Of a DNA stretch of 34,109 nt, positions 19,400-26,573 are shown piece by piece. The stretch is taken from the IMG/VR virus record IMGVR_UViG_2913167280_000005, positions 1-34,109 of that record. One strand, written 5' to 3'. The translations under genes and the position numbers were made by a program. The notes under the pieces were generated by a model. That model saw only the letters and a list, made by a program, of their open reading frames with translations, was not told where the DNA came from and made no database searches. The stretch's first letter is position 1, and the number at the start of each line of letters is the position of its first letter. The DNA comes from a virus (taxonomy: Duplodnaviria; Heunggongvirae; Uroviricota; Caudoviricetes).

Positions 19400-20156
19400 T
19401 TGCATGATTGATTTGGTGAAGGATGTTGCTATGTGACATTCAACTCACCAGATGAGCCGAATAATTCAGGTTATCGGCTCACAACATGAGAGTGCATTCC
19501 TGACTATCCCCATACGGTAAGCCGTTAAATCCAAATGGTGGAGTGTGCTCTCAGTTGTGAATAACAACCGTTGTATGGCACATGCAGCGATAGCGGTCCG
19601 GCGGGTTCCTTGTAGGGTTCCCTTTCCTAGCCGGGTAGCCGGAATGTGCAAGCCTGGCTCGCTAACGGCCTTAGGGCGATTCACCATCGTGGCGATACGG
19701 TGTGACACCTCGGAAGAGACGAGGATGCAATGATGAGAGCATTGGTCATGGAGCGGTGGAGAATGAATCTGAGCTTCTTGGCGGTTGCAGCGGATTCTTA
19801 CATGAAAACCTGTGCTTTCTTCATTGTGGCAATGCGGCTGTGCGCACGTGACGAGGCATTTCATTCCACGCTTGAAATGAAAAGTTATCTAATAGTTTAA
19901 CGTCGTCAGCCGTAGCCGGGCTGACAGGTGGAGGCACCACCGCCACAAATCAAATCACGCCTCAGGACCGTTATACCCGTAGTACCTGTAACGATAGCTT
20001 TAACTTGGCGGTGTCAGAAACAACCATCCCGAAGTCGCTGGCACCGCCCTTTTTACACCAGAACGTCATTGCGATGGCTTTCCGTTGTAAACCCGTAATG
20101 CCAAGGAAGGCAGACTCCCATGCTTCCAGCTCGCCCACTTCGGTGGGCATTTTTTT
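19400..20156 (+). ncRNA. long untranslated leader / candidate structured RNA ending in an intrinsic terminator
   Basis: About 750 nt with no convincing ORF on either strand; stable hairpins at 19452-19480 and 19904-19924; a long GGCGGTG...CACCGCC hairpin plus CTTTTT at 20008-20055; canonical terminator at 20133-20156. Confidence 0.3.
20133..20156 (+). terminator. intrinsic terminator (GCCCAC-TTCG-GTGGGC plus 7 T) abutting the ribosome-binding site of the downstream ORF
   Basis: Perfect 6-bp GC stem with a 4-nt loop and U tract; AAGGTGA follows immediately, with the ATG at 20169. Confidence 0.7.
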
Positions 20157-20168
20157 AAGGTGAAAATT

Positions 20169-20540
20169 ATGAAAGAGATTGAAGAACTTAACCCGCCACG
20201 CGGCGAGATGACAGAATACCTAAAACAAGCTATCGGCGAAGGATATCAGCCTGAGCATGAAGATGCGGTATCTGACCTGTCAGTGATTGATGGTCTGAAT
20301 GATGGAGATCTGAATCGTGAGTTCGGTAAGTGCTGGCAGTGGTACAATATGGGCGGCGGACTCCATGAAACATTAGAGAATGGACTATCAAAATCAGATG
20401 CCGATTACCGCAGTGAACACTTATACAACATGAAATTACAATGCCTGCATGCGGCGATTATTCAGAATGGGCTATTCGATAAAACCAATGCCACCAATAT
20501 TGCGGAAGCAATCAACGCTGGATTCGATGCCATTAAGTAA
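20169..20540 (+). CDS. acidic hypothetical protein (123 aa), plus-strand accessory gene between terminase and portal
   Basis: ATG at 20169 with AAGGTGA 5 nt upstream (track start is a GTG at 20160); about 23 Asp/Glu against 11 Lys/Arg; no recognisable domain. Confidence 0.6.
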   Translation: MKEIEELNPPRGEMTEYLKQAIGEGYQPEHEDAVSDLSVIDGLNDGDLNREFGKCWQWYNMGGGLHETLENGLSKSDADYRSEHLYNMKLQCLHAAIIQNGLFDKTNATNIAEAINAGFDAIK

Positions 20541-20544
20541 CACC

Positions 20545-20556
20545 GTGACACGTCAC
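20545..20556. repeat. 12-bp palindrome GTGACACGTCAC, copy 2 of 3
   Basis: Begins 5 nt after the TAA stop of the 123-aa ORF. Confidence 0.45.
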
Positions 20557-20715
20557 AATCATCCTGCTCATCTGTATTGGTTTATGAACTCAACATTGTT
20601 ATTCTGAATAGCGCGGTAAATTCTCGGGCTAACGAGACGGGGAAAGAAGGTGGCTGTTGTCAACCTGCCACATGCTGGGTATCAGCACCAGCTACCGCGC
20701 ACTGATGATGTCATG

Positions 20716-20741
20716 AGCCAGCCGATGCGCTGGCTTTTTTT
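20716..20741 (+). terminator. intrinsic terminator (AGCCAGC-6 nt-GCTGGCT plus 6 T) closing the plus-strand cassette
   Basis: Stem-loop and U tract read directly; ends 6 nt before the convergent terminase large-subunit stop codon. Confidence 0.7.
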
Positions 20742-20746
20742 GTGCA

Positions 20747-22213
20747 TCATGCAAAGGGGTCATAATCTGTTATGGCTTTCCCTTGCTGCTGACCCGGCAG
20801 ATTCATCTTCTTCGCTACCGGAAACGCGAAGGTCAGCAGTAGCGCGTCACCGTCACCAGGCGAACGCCCGAGACGATCTTTAATGTCTTCTTTCGGCTCC
20901 ATCACAATCTTGCCATCCACCCTGACTTTGTACTCTGCCGCCGACAGGTCATCGGCAGTCTGCTGATTGTCAAGCATACCGCCGAGCTTCAGCCATGACT
21001 TGCAACTGTTGAACATCTCGCCGCGCTTGTTAAGCATTTGCGGATCTGTTGATGCGCCACCGAACGGAACAAGTTGCCATGAACGCCCCCAGCCATCACT
21101 GACAGATTTCAGCCCGGTTCCGTAGCCGAAGTCGATGAACACTGCGTCGGCCTTGTACTCGTCCTCGAAGTCGGCGATGCGCTTCGCCATAATCAGGTCG
21201 TCGGTTGTCTTCGAGCCAGACCAGAGCTTTTTGCTATGCAGCCCCTGGCGCAGGTATATCACCGCGTCATCAGCACCGGAGTATGCCGGATCAACGCCGA
21301 TAATCACCGGCGCATGAGCCACCTGCGCAGCGGTAACGACGCGCTTCATCGCAGCATCAGTGAGCCCGGTCGGGATAAACTGCAGCTCTGATGCATCAGG
21401 GAAGATCCCACGCACGCGAACCTTCACGAAGTCAGAATCCTCGCCGTAATCGTCAACCCACTTCTGCAACTGCTCTTTGTTCGTGCCCTCTACGGTGCGG
21501 GAATCAATCTGCGCCGTCTTCCACCGATGCTTGTATTTGCGGAAGCACTCGCGGAAACGTCCGGTGTTTCGCGTCGGGTTACCGAACGCCACCCAAATAA
21601 TCTCGGTGTCCTCGTCCGTCAGAGCGCCCTCGGCAACCTCCCACACCAGATCGGCAATGTTGGATGCTTCATCGAATACCACAATGATCCGCTTGCGCTC
21701 GTTGTGCAGCCCGGCGAATGCCTCGGTATTGTGCTCAGACCATGGGATAGCGTCAGCACGCCAGCGCTTATCATGCCCGGCATCGTTGCTGTACATCGCT
21801 GTGGCGGTGCAGGTGAACCACTCTTTTGTGATAGCCAGGTTCGACCATTTGATGATTTCCGGCCATGTCTTGGTGCGAAGCTGGTTATCGGTGTTGGCGG
21901 TCACCACCACCTTGCAGTCCTCGCAGGTGGACATGCCCCAGTTAATCAGCATCGAGATGAATGCCGATTTCCCGATGCCGTGTCCGGATGCGCGGGCAAT
22001 CATCAGCGGCTGGTAACGTGTTGCGGGATTCTGGAGGTGATCTCGTATCTCGCGGAATGCGTCTGCCTGCCACTTACGCGGCCCAGTAGCGTGTGACAGC
22101 TCGGTGCCATCCTCACCCCAAGGGAATGCATACAGTGCATAGCCAAGCGGGTCATGTGTAAACCCGGCAATGTCCTCGATGAGTTGCTCTTCTGGCGACG
22201 GTGATTCGGTCAT
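20747..22213 (-). CDS. terminase large subunit (488 aa)
   Basis: Walker A-like GHGIGKS; ATG at 22213 overlaps the small-subunit stop (ATGA); size typical. Confidence 0.9.
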   Translation of the reverse strand: MTESPSPEEQLIEDIAGFTHDPLGYALYAFPWGEDGTELSHATGPRKWQADAFREIRDHLQNPATRYQPLMIARASGHGIGKSAFISMLINWGMSTCEDCKVVVTANTDNQLRTKTWPEIIKWSNLAITKEWFTCTATAMYSNDAGHDKRWRADAIPWSEHNTEAFAGLHNERKRIIVVFDEASNIADLVWEVAEGALTDEDTEIIWVAFGNPTRNTGRFRECFRKYKHRWKTAQIDSRTVEGTNKEQLQKWVDDYGEDSDFVKVRVRGIFPDASELQFIPTGLTDAAMKRVVTAAQVAHAPVIIGVDPAYSGADDAVIYLRQGLHSKKLWSGSKTTDDLIMAKRIADFEDEYKADAVFIDFGYGTGLKSVSDGWGRSWQLVPFGGASTDPQMLNKRGEMFNSCKSWLKLGGMLDNQQTADDLSAAEYKVRVDGKIVMEPKEDIKDRLGRSPGDGDALLLTFAFPVAKKMNLPGQQQGKAITDYDPFA

Positions 22214-22800
22214 TTCTCACCAGCCTCTCTGATGCGGCGGCGCGCGGATGCCATGCGGTCTGCAATGGTGACGGTGCCGGAAACCTCGAGGCGTTCTTTG
22301 AACGCCATAACATCGACGTGCTTGCCGATGAGCTCCAGATTCTTCACCTTGTCGGGCCATTTTATCTTTTTGAGGATGCCGACCAGTTCTTTCTCATCGC
22401 CGCGCCCCTCAAACATGTCTGCCAACTCGAATCCGGTAAGATACTGGCGCCAGACCCTCGGCCACTCCGAAACCGGTTTAATACTCATGTCATCGTTCAG
22501 AATGTCGATCACATCCATCTGGTCGATTTCCACCAGGCGAAGCAGAACATAATCAGCGCTGACGCGGGTGCGCTTGTTGCGCTCCTCCATGAGTTCAGCA
22601 ATCCGTTTCTGGATTCGCTCATCGCGCATCATGACGCTGGCTTTGACCGCCGCCGTATTAGGAGAAAATCCTGCGTCTATCGCCGCCTGAGACTGATTTT
22701 CAGGGCTCTTGATGTATGACTGGCAGTAAGCCTCCTGCATCGCTGTAAGCGGCTTAAATTGCGTTGATTTGCGTTTGTGTGGTTTTGGTTCCGCTGGCAT
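22210..22800 (-). CDS. terminase small subunit (about 196 aa)
   Basis: Directly upstream of and coupled to the large subunit; ATG at 22800 with GGTGG upstream (track start is a TTG at 22812). Confidence 0.75.
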   Translation of the reverse strand: MPAEPKPHKRKSTQFKPLTAMQEAYCQSYIKSPENQSQAAIDAGFSPNTAAVKASVMMRDERIQKRIAELMEERNKRTRVSADYVLLRLVEIDQMDVIDILNDDMSIKPVSEWPRVWRQYLTGFELADMFEGRGDEKELVGILKKIKWPDKVKNLELIGKHVDVMAFKERLEVSGTVTIADRMASARRRIREAGEK

Positions 22801-22802
22801 TG

Positions 22803-22837
22803 TTACCACCAAAGTAATTAATTACCGTTGTGGTAAT
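22803..22837. promoter_or_regulatory. two adjacent operator-like dyads (GTTACCACCAAAGTAAT and ATTACCGTTGTGGTAAT; sites B0 and B) just upstream of the terminase small-subunit start
   Basis: Read directly; centres 19 bp apart; B0 is a 4/5 half-site match. Confidence 0.4.
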
Positions 22838-22845
22838 ACTATCAT

Positions 22846-22873
22846 GCAAAACAAAGCCGCCATAGTCGGCGGC
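22846..22873 (-). terminator. intrinsic terminator (GCCGCC-6 nt-GGCGGC plus TTTGTTTTG) immediately upstream of the late operon
   Basis: Hairpin and U tract on the minus strand, between the small early genes and the terminase start. Confidence 0.6.
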
Positions 22874-22896
22874 CGTTGCTGTTATTTATATTCATC

Positions 22897-22908
22897 GTGA
22901 CATGTCAC
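22897..22908. repeat. 12-bp palindrome GTGACATGTCAC, copy 3 of 3
   Basis: Directly abuts the stop codon (22910-22912) of the 56-aa gene, upstream of the late-operon terminator. Confidence 0.45.
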
Positions 22909-22909
22909 A

Positions 22910-23080
22910 TCACCCGTACCACTTCTCCATGCTATCGAAAATATCAGCTGCTTCTTCGCATCCAGTTTCTCGCAGCCACTGGATGATTAGCTCATCTGCG
23001 TCGACGTGAGTAAACCCGGCGTGCCTCTCTGTCTCCTCCGAAAGATGACGTAGCTTGTTTGTGAATTCCTCTTTGGTCAC
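22910..23080 (-). CDS. small acidic hypothetical protein (56 aa), not in the ORF track
   Basis: GTG start at 23080 with strong GGAGGTG 5 nt upstream; overlaps the stop of the 112-aa gene; translated by hand as MTKEEFTNKLRHLSEETERHAGFTHVDADELIIQWLRETGCEEAADIFDSMEKWYG. Confidence 0.45.
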   Translation of the reverse strand: MTKEEFTNKLRHLSEETERHAGFTHVDADELIIQWLRETGCEEAADIFDSMEKWYG

Positions 23081-23081
23081 T

Positions 23082-23420
23082 TCACACCTCCAGTTTTACG
23101 TTATGCCAACCCATTGTAACCCAGCACGACGAATCACCATCGAACGGACACAACTCAACCGGCAGCATATCGCCGCATTTCCCGCAGCGGTTCGCGCCGA
23201 TTGATTTGATACGACCACGAACGCGAGCATCATCCTGGCGGATCAGCATCGCGATGTATTCGCTCATCTCGTACGGCGCGCGCCCAGGGCGACGGGCGGC
23301 GCAATTTCGCGCCAGCATATCCACTTCCTGTTCGTCGAGATACAGTTCCAGTTTGCGTTCACCGGCGGCGGTTTGCCGGGCGCGCTGCGCTGCTTTGCGC
23401 TCTGCTGCTGATTTAGTCAT
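23082..23420 (-). CDS. basic protein with C-terminal zinc ribbon (112 aa); candidate late-gene regulator or antiterminator by position
   Basis: C-terminal CGKCG...C...C motif and Arg-rich N-terminus; last sizeable gene before the terminator and late operon. The functional call is positional inference only. Confidence 0.55.
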   Translation of the reverse strand: MTKSAAERKAAQRARQTAAGERKLELYLDEQEVDMLARNCAARRPGRAPYEMSEYIAMLIRQDDARVRGRIKSIGANRCGKCGDMLPVELCPFDGDSSCWVTMGWHNVKLEV

Positions 23421-23820
23421 TGCTCTTCCCCTGCTGCGGTGCTGATGGCAGTGCGCAAGCTTCTACAGCAGATTCATGAATCTGCTTGATGGTGTCCCAC
23501 CCAATAGTAATTTCACCATCCCAGCCGCCTTCCTCGTTGCAGTCCTCACAACCTACACCGCCGCACGACTGGCAGAGGATACGATGTGTAACCTGGAACT
23601 CTCCGGATAAGGCACCCTTAGCGCCATTTTCAGCGGTGAGCTTTTTAGGCATAACACAGTAACCTTCCAACTGCGCGTGTGCATCAATAACCGCCAAAAT
23701 GAATTTAGACATGACGGCCAGCTCTTCATAATTAGCGCCGGTAAATCCACCCAGCCCATCAGTCCAGTCTTCAAGAAGCTCGCGGCGCGGTAGTTGCTGT
23801 TTCAATTCGTCAATAGTCAT
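23413..23820 (-). CDS. hypothetical protein with CxxC-GxG-CxxC zinc-finger motif (135 aa)
   Basis: CQSCGGVGCEDC motif; coupled ORF. Confidence 0.55.
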   Translation of the reverse strand: MTIDELKQQLPRRELLEDWTDGLGGFTGANYEELAVMSKFILAVIDAHAQLEGYCVMPKKLTAENGAKGALSGEFQVTHRILCQSCGGVGCEDCNEEGGWDGEITIGWDTIKQIHESAVEACALPSAPQQGKSND

Positions 23821-24299
23821 TCTGTAGGCTCCTTTCCTGCGTAGCCTACTTGTTCGGAATTACCGGACAACTGCGGGGCGGAAACATTGGCAAACGCAGC
23901 ACGCAGACCAGTTTTGATGTCCTCAAACTCATCTTCCATCGCTTCTGCGCTCACCTCTCCATCTGTTAGAGCACGGATGAATGCCAGCGCCATCTCGTCG
24001 TTTATCTCGATGGGTGCCGCTTTTCGGTATTCCTGAAGCTCTGCTCGGTCGTTGCTGATGAATGCAGGTGGAAGGCCCAGCGGTGGTTTCCATTGCTCGC
24101 CACCACACCAGGTGAAACCATGGCGCTCGAGCGTTTCGACAGCAGCGTTATACTTAGGCTCCTGCTCCATTCCGGCCAGCGCCAACTGTAGTGATTCCAG
24201 TGTCATCTGATGTTCCATATCAACGCCAAAGGTTTCTTCATCACGGCGCTTCATGTGTGCGATTTTCTGCTGTAACCATTCTTTGGTGATAGTGGTCAT
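23817..24299 (-). CDS. hypothetical protein (160 aa)
   Basis: Coupled ORF in the early-right operon. Confidence 0.55.
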   Translation of the reverse strand: MTTITKEWLQQKIAHMKRRDEETFGVDMEHQMTLESLQLALAGMEQEPKYNAAVETLERHGFTWCGGEQWKPPLGLPPAFISNDRAELQEYRKAAPIEINDEMALAFIRALTDGEVSAEAMEDEFEDIKTGLRAAFANVSAPQLSGNSEQVGYAGKEPTE

Positions 24300-24302
24300 G
24301 GC

Positions 24303-24491
24303 CTAACCCCTAACTTCAATATTGACATTAATGTTAATTACGCCGACATCGACGCTCATGTCGGTTGAGTCAGCAGTAATCATGTATTCAGCAGTAACCA
24401 TTGCCAGACGCTTTAGGGATTCCTCCATGTCGTTGCCTGTTAATTCATTCACAAGCGCAACCACTGGCTGCATATGCTCTCCCATTTTCAT
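24303..24491 (-). CDS. small hypothetical protein (about 62 aa)
   Basis: ATG at 24491 overlaps the HNH gene stop (ATGA). Confidence 0.45.
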   Translation of the reverse strand: MKMGEHMQPVVALVNELTGNDMEESLKRLAMVTAEYMITADSTDMSVDVGVININVNIEVRG

Positions 24492-25015
24492 CACTCACCT
24501 CCCTGATATTGCTCAAACCAGAAAACCACAGGCTTTTCGATAACCTCCACAATGCCGAACCGCTCAGCGGTACGGAAGTTCACACTGTATGCTCTGGCTC
24601 GCTCGGCCTGCTTAGAGATTTCTTTCCGCATCATTTCCACACTGAATGCAGCCTTGAACAGATTGCACGGCGCGCAGGATGGAAACAGATTATCGATGGC
24701 GTGCAGCTCCGGATGCATTACCTTACCAGTGCTGCGCGCGACGACGGACGAGCCGCTACCGGCCGGAGCCCGAACGAACTCAAAATCCCGACGAACCGGT
24801 TCAACGTGATCGGCGTGCCAGCCTTTTTCTGGCAACTTACAACCGCAATAAGCGCAGCGACCACCAAATTTCATACGCAATTCAGCGCGCTGCGCTTTGG
24901 TGATTTTGTTCTTCGGTTTTGAATAACGATCATCAGGCAGACCCACCCTCGGAAGAATGGTGGTTTGCTCCGGCAGTTCTATCATCATCCCTTTACGATT
25001 CGCGACCTGAGACAT
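24491..25015 (-). CDS. HNH endonuclease
   Basis: CAYCG...WHADHVEP...N...CAPCN motif block; ATG at 25015 (track start is a GTG at 25018). Confidence 0.8.
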   Translation of the reverse strand: MSQVANRKGMMIELPEQTTILPRVGLPDDRYSKPKNKITKAQRAELRMKFGGRCAYCGCKLPEKGWHADHVEPVRRDFEFVRAPAGSGSSVVARSTGKVMHPELHAIDNLFPSCAPCNLFKAAFSVEMMRKEISKQAERARAYSVNFRTAERFGIVEVIEKPVVFWFEQYQGGE

Positions 25016-25359
25016 CACTCACCTCCCTGAATCTGTAGGGTGATGCCAGCAGCGGAACAGGCATCCTGAATATCAGGAAGGTTCACTACCAGCGGGCAAT
25101 CAATATCGCCGTCAGGGTAAAACGGCTCTGGAAGTACGATTACTTGCTGCTCTGCGGAATCGGCGCGCTGCTCAATAAGAGACTTCAGCCCCGCATTCTC
25201 CGCCGCCAGCGCATCGCGTTCAGCACATGCAGTCCGGGTTGCAACCAGCGAACAATCAAACCGAGTAGCCAGTTCATTCAGCAGTTGAGCCGCCTTCTCG
25301 TTCTCGTACTTCGCCACAACCCGAGCAGTTTCAATCAGTTGTTCATTGTTCCATTCCAT
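25015..25359 (-). CDS. hypothetical protein (about 114 aa)
   Basis: ATG at 25359 with GGGGGTAAAG upstream (track start is a TTG at 25371). Confidence 0.5.
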   Translation of the reverse strand: MEWNNEQLIETARVVAKYENEKAAQLLNELATRFDCSLVATRTACAERDALAAENAGLKSLIEQRADSAEQQVIVLPEPFYPDGDIDCPLVVNLPDIQDACSAAGITLQIQGGE

Positions 25360-25420
25360 CTTTACCCCCAATTACCCGTATAAGTTATTGATTACGCTGA
25401 TAACAAAAAGGATCGTCGTT

Positions 25421-25765
25421 TCAGAACTCTTCGACCTTCCAGCCTCCACCCGCTTTCTTTGGCTTCGGCGTTACTGCGATGATGCGGAACGGATACTGAT
25501 CGGCTGCCACTTTGGTTTTCACCCTGGCATCATCAGTCCACATGCCCTTCGCCTCGTGCAGTTCCATCTCACCGCTGGCGAGCATCACTGCAAAGTCAGG
25601 CGTGTAGAACGTGTTATCCGCCAGCCGCAGCTTGATGCCTTCAAACCGGTACCAGGCAACTTCCCCTGCACGCTTACGCAGTTCCAACATCTGGCAGTAG
25701 GCCGCCTCGGTCTGGTTCATCTGCCCGGTCTTCAGTCGGCCAAGCGCCTGTAGTCTCTTCTGCAT
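25421..25765 (-). CDS. small PD-(D/E)xK-type nuclease-like protein (about 114 aa)
   Basis: YTPDF...ELHEAKG resembles a D...ExK catalytic motif; ATG at 25765 with AAGAGG upstream (track start is a GTG at 25795). Confidence 0.5.
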   Translation of the reverse strand: MQKRLQALGRLKTGQMNQTEAAYCQMLELRKRAGEVAWYRFEGIKLRLADNTFYTPDFAVMLASGEMELHEAKGMWTDDARVKTKVAADQYPFRIIAVTPKPKKAGGGWKVEEF

Positions 25766-25831
25766 CGCCTTACCTCTTGGGTAATTAAAATCCACTTACG
25801 GATTAATATCAATAGTTATGCGCATTTATTT

Positions 25832-25846
25832 TTACCTGACAGGTAA
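25832..25846. promoter_or_regulatory. operator-like dyad TTACCTGACAGGTAA (site C)
   Basis: Perfect 15-bp palindrome in the intergenic region upstream of the nuclease-like gene. Confidence 0.4.
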
Positions 25847-25898
25847 CAATTCAGGCGTAAAAAAATGCGCTGCTGCGCTGCCTGTTAACGACTATTGC

Positions 25899-26573
25899 CT
25901 ATGCGCCGTCGCTTCGAACCATGATGATGTGCCGCGCCAGCTTCTGCTGCCACTGGTATTGATTAAGCGACACCTCTTCGCATTTCCAGAAGTCGATGAA
26001 TGACGCCAACTCTGTTTTCCTGACACCTCGCTCAACCGGCGTACCCCATTCTTTCGACTGCTCTGCAAAGTCTGGATCTGGCCTCCAGTCTGAATGCATC
26101 AAAAAGTTATCCACAGAGTTTTTCGCGCGCGCGTTATGAGTGGGGTTTATATGGGGTTTATATTCTTCCTCTTCCTCTTCCTCTGGTAACGTTTTTTGTA
26201 ACGCTGGTTGCGTTACCTTTTGCGTTTCACGCTTTCTAAGTTCTGCCACCCTTCTGTTTGTAAGTGCTCGTTTTTTCGATGATTCTCCGTTATGCCGCTC
26301 AAAGTTAGGCAGGATGAGCTTTCCTTCCTGATAGGCAAGCCAGCCTACAGAGATCAGTGCGTCGGCGAATCCTGTAATAAAAGCGATCCTGTCGAACACT
26401 CCCTTTGTAACGCTGCCAGCGTTACCGTCTATCGTTTGTTGATCGGCCCATGCCCATATGCGAACCAACTTTCCAAGAACAGCATCCGGGTCAATATTCA
26501 ACAGTTCTGCTATCTGGAAAATCTCGGGCTTGTCAGGGGTGATTACTTCAACCTTAATCCAACTACTTGCCAT
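25899..26573 (-). CDS. replication protein (DnaT-like / replisome-organiser-type N-terminal domain, 224 aa)
   Basis: N-terminal region recalled as typical of prophage DnaT-like replication proteins; acidic EEEEEEE linker; position in the replication module. Confidence 0.55.
   Translation of the reverse strand: MASSWIKVEVITPDKPEIFQIAELLNIDPDAVLGKLVRIWAWADQQTIDGNAGSVTKGVFDRIAFITGFADALISVGWLAYQEGKLILPNFERHNGESSKKRALTNRRVAELRKRETQKVTQPALQKTLPEEEEEEEYKPHINPTHNARAKNSVDNFLMHSDWRPDPDFAEQSKEWGTPVERGVRKTELASFIDFWKCEEVSLNQYQWQQKLARHIIMVRSDGA

Noticed and set aside
19700-19800. C/D-box-like GATGA ... CTGA motif pair in the leader
   Set aside because: Short motifs expected by chance; C/D box RNAs are not a bacterial feature.
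19466-19864. 132-aa minus-strand ORF and 62-aa plus-strand ORF (19545-19733) within the leader of the accessory cassette
   Set aside because: Cys/His/Arg-rich improbable composition and no ribosome-binding sites; the region is treated as non-coding leader instead.
19400-20130. Type III toxin-antitoxin (ToxIN-like) repetitive antitoxin RNA or retron msr/msd upstream of the 123-aa ORF
   Set aside because: No tandem direct repeats were found in the leader, the ORF does not resemble ToxN/AbiQ, and there is no reverse transcriptase gene; only the terminator-then-ORF geometry is shared.
24491-25795. HNH endonuclease plus PD-(D/E)xK nuclease as a restriction or defence module with the Dcm methyltransferase
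   Set aside because: The genes are separated by unrelated ORFs and sit in standard lambdoid positions; HNH endonucleases near packaging genes are common phage housekeeping. No linkage evidence for an R-M system.
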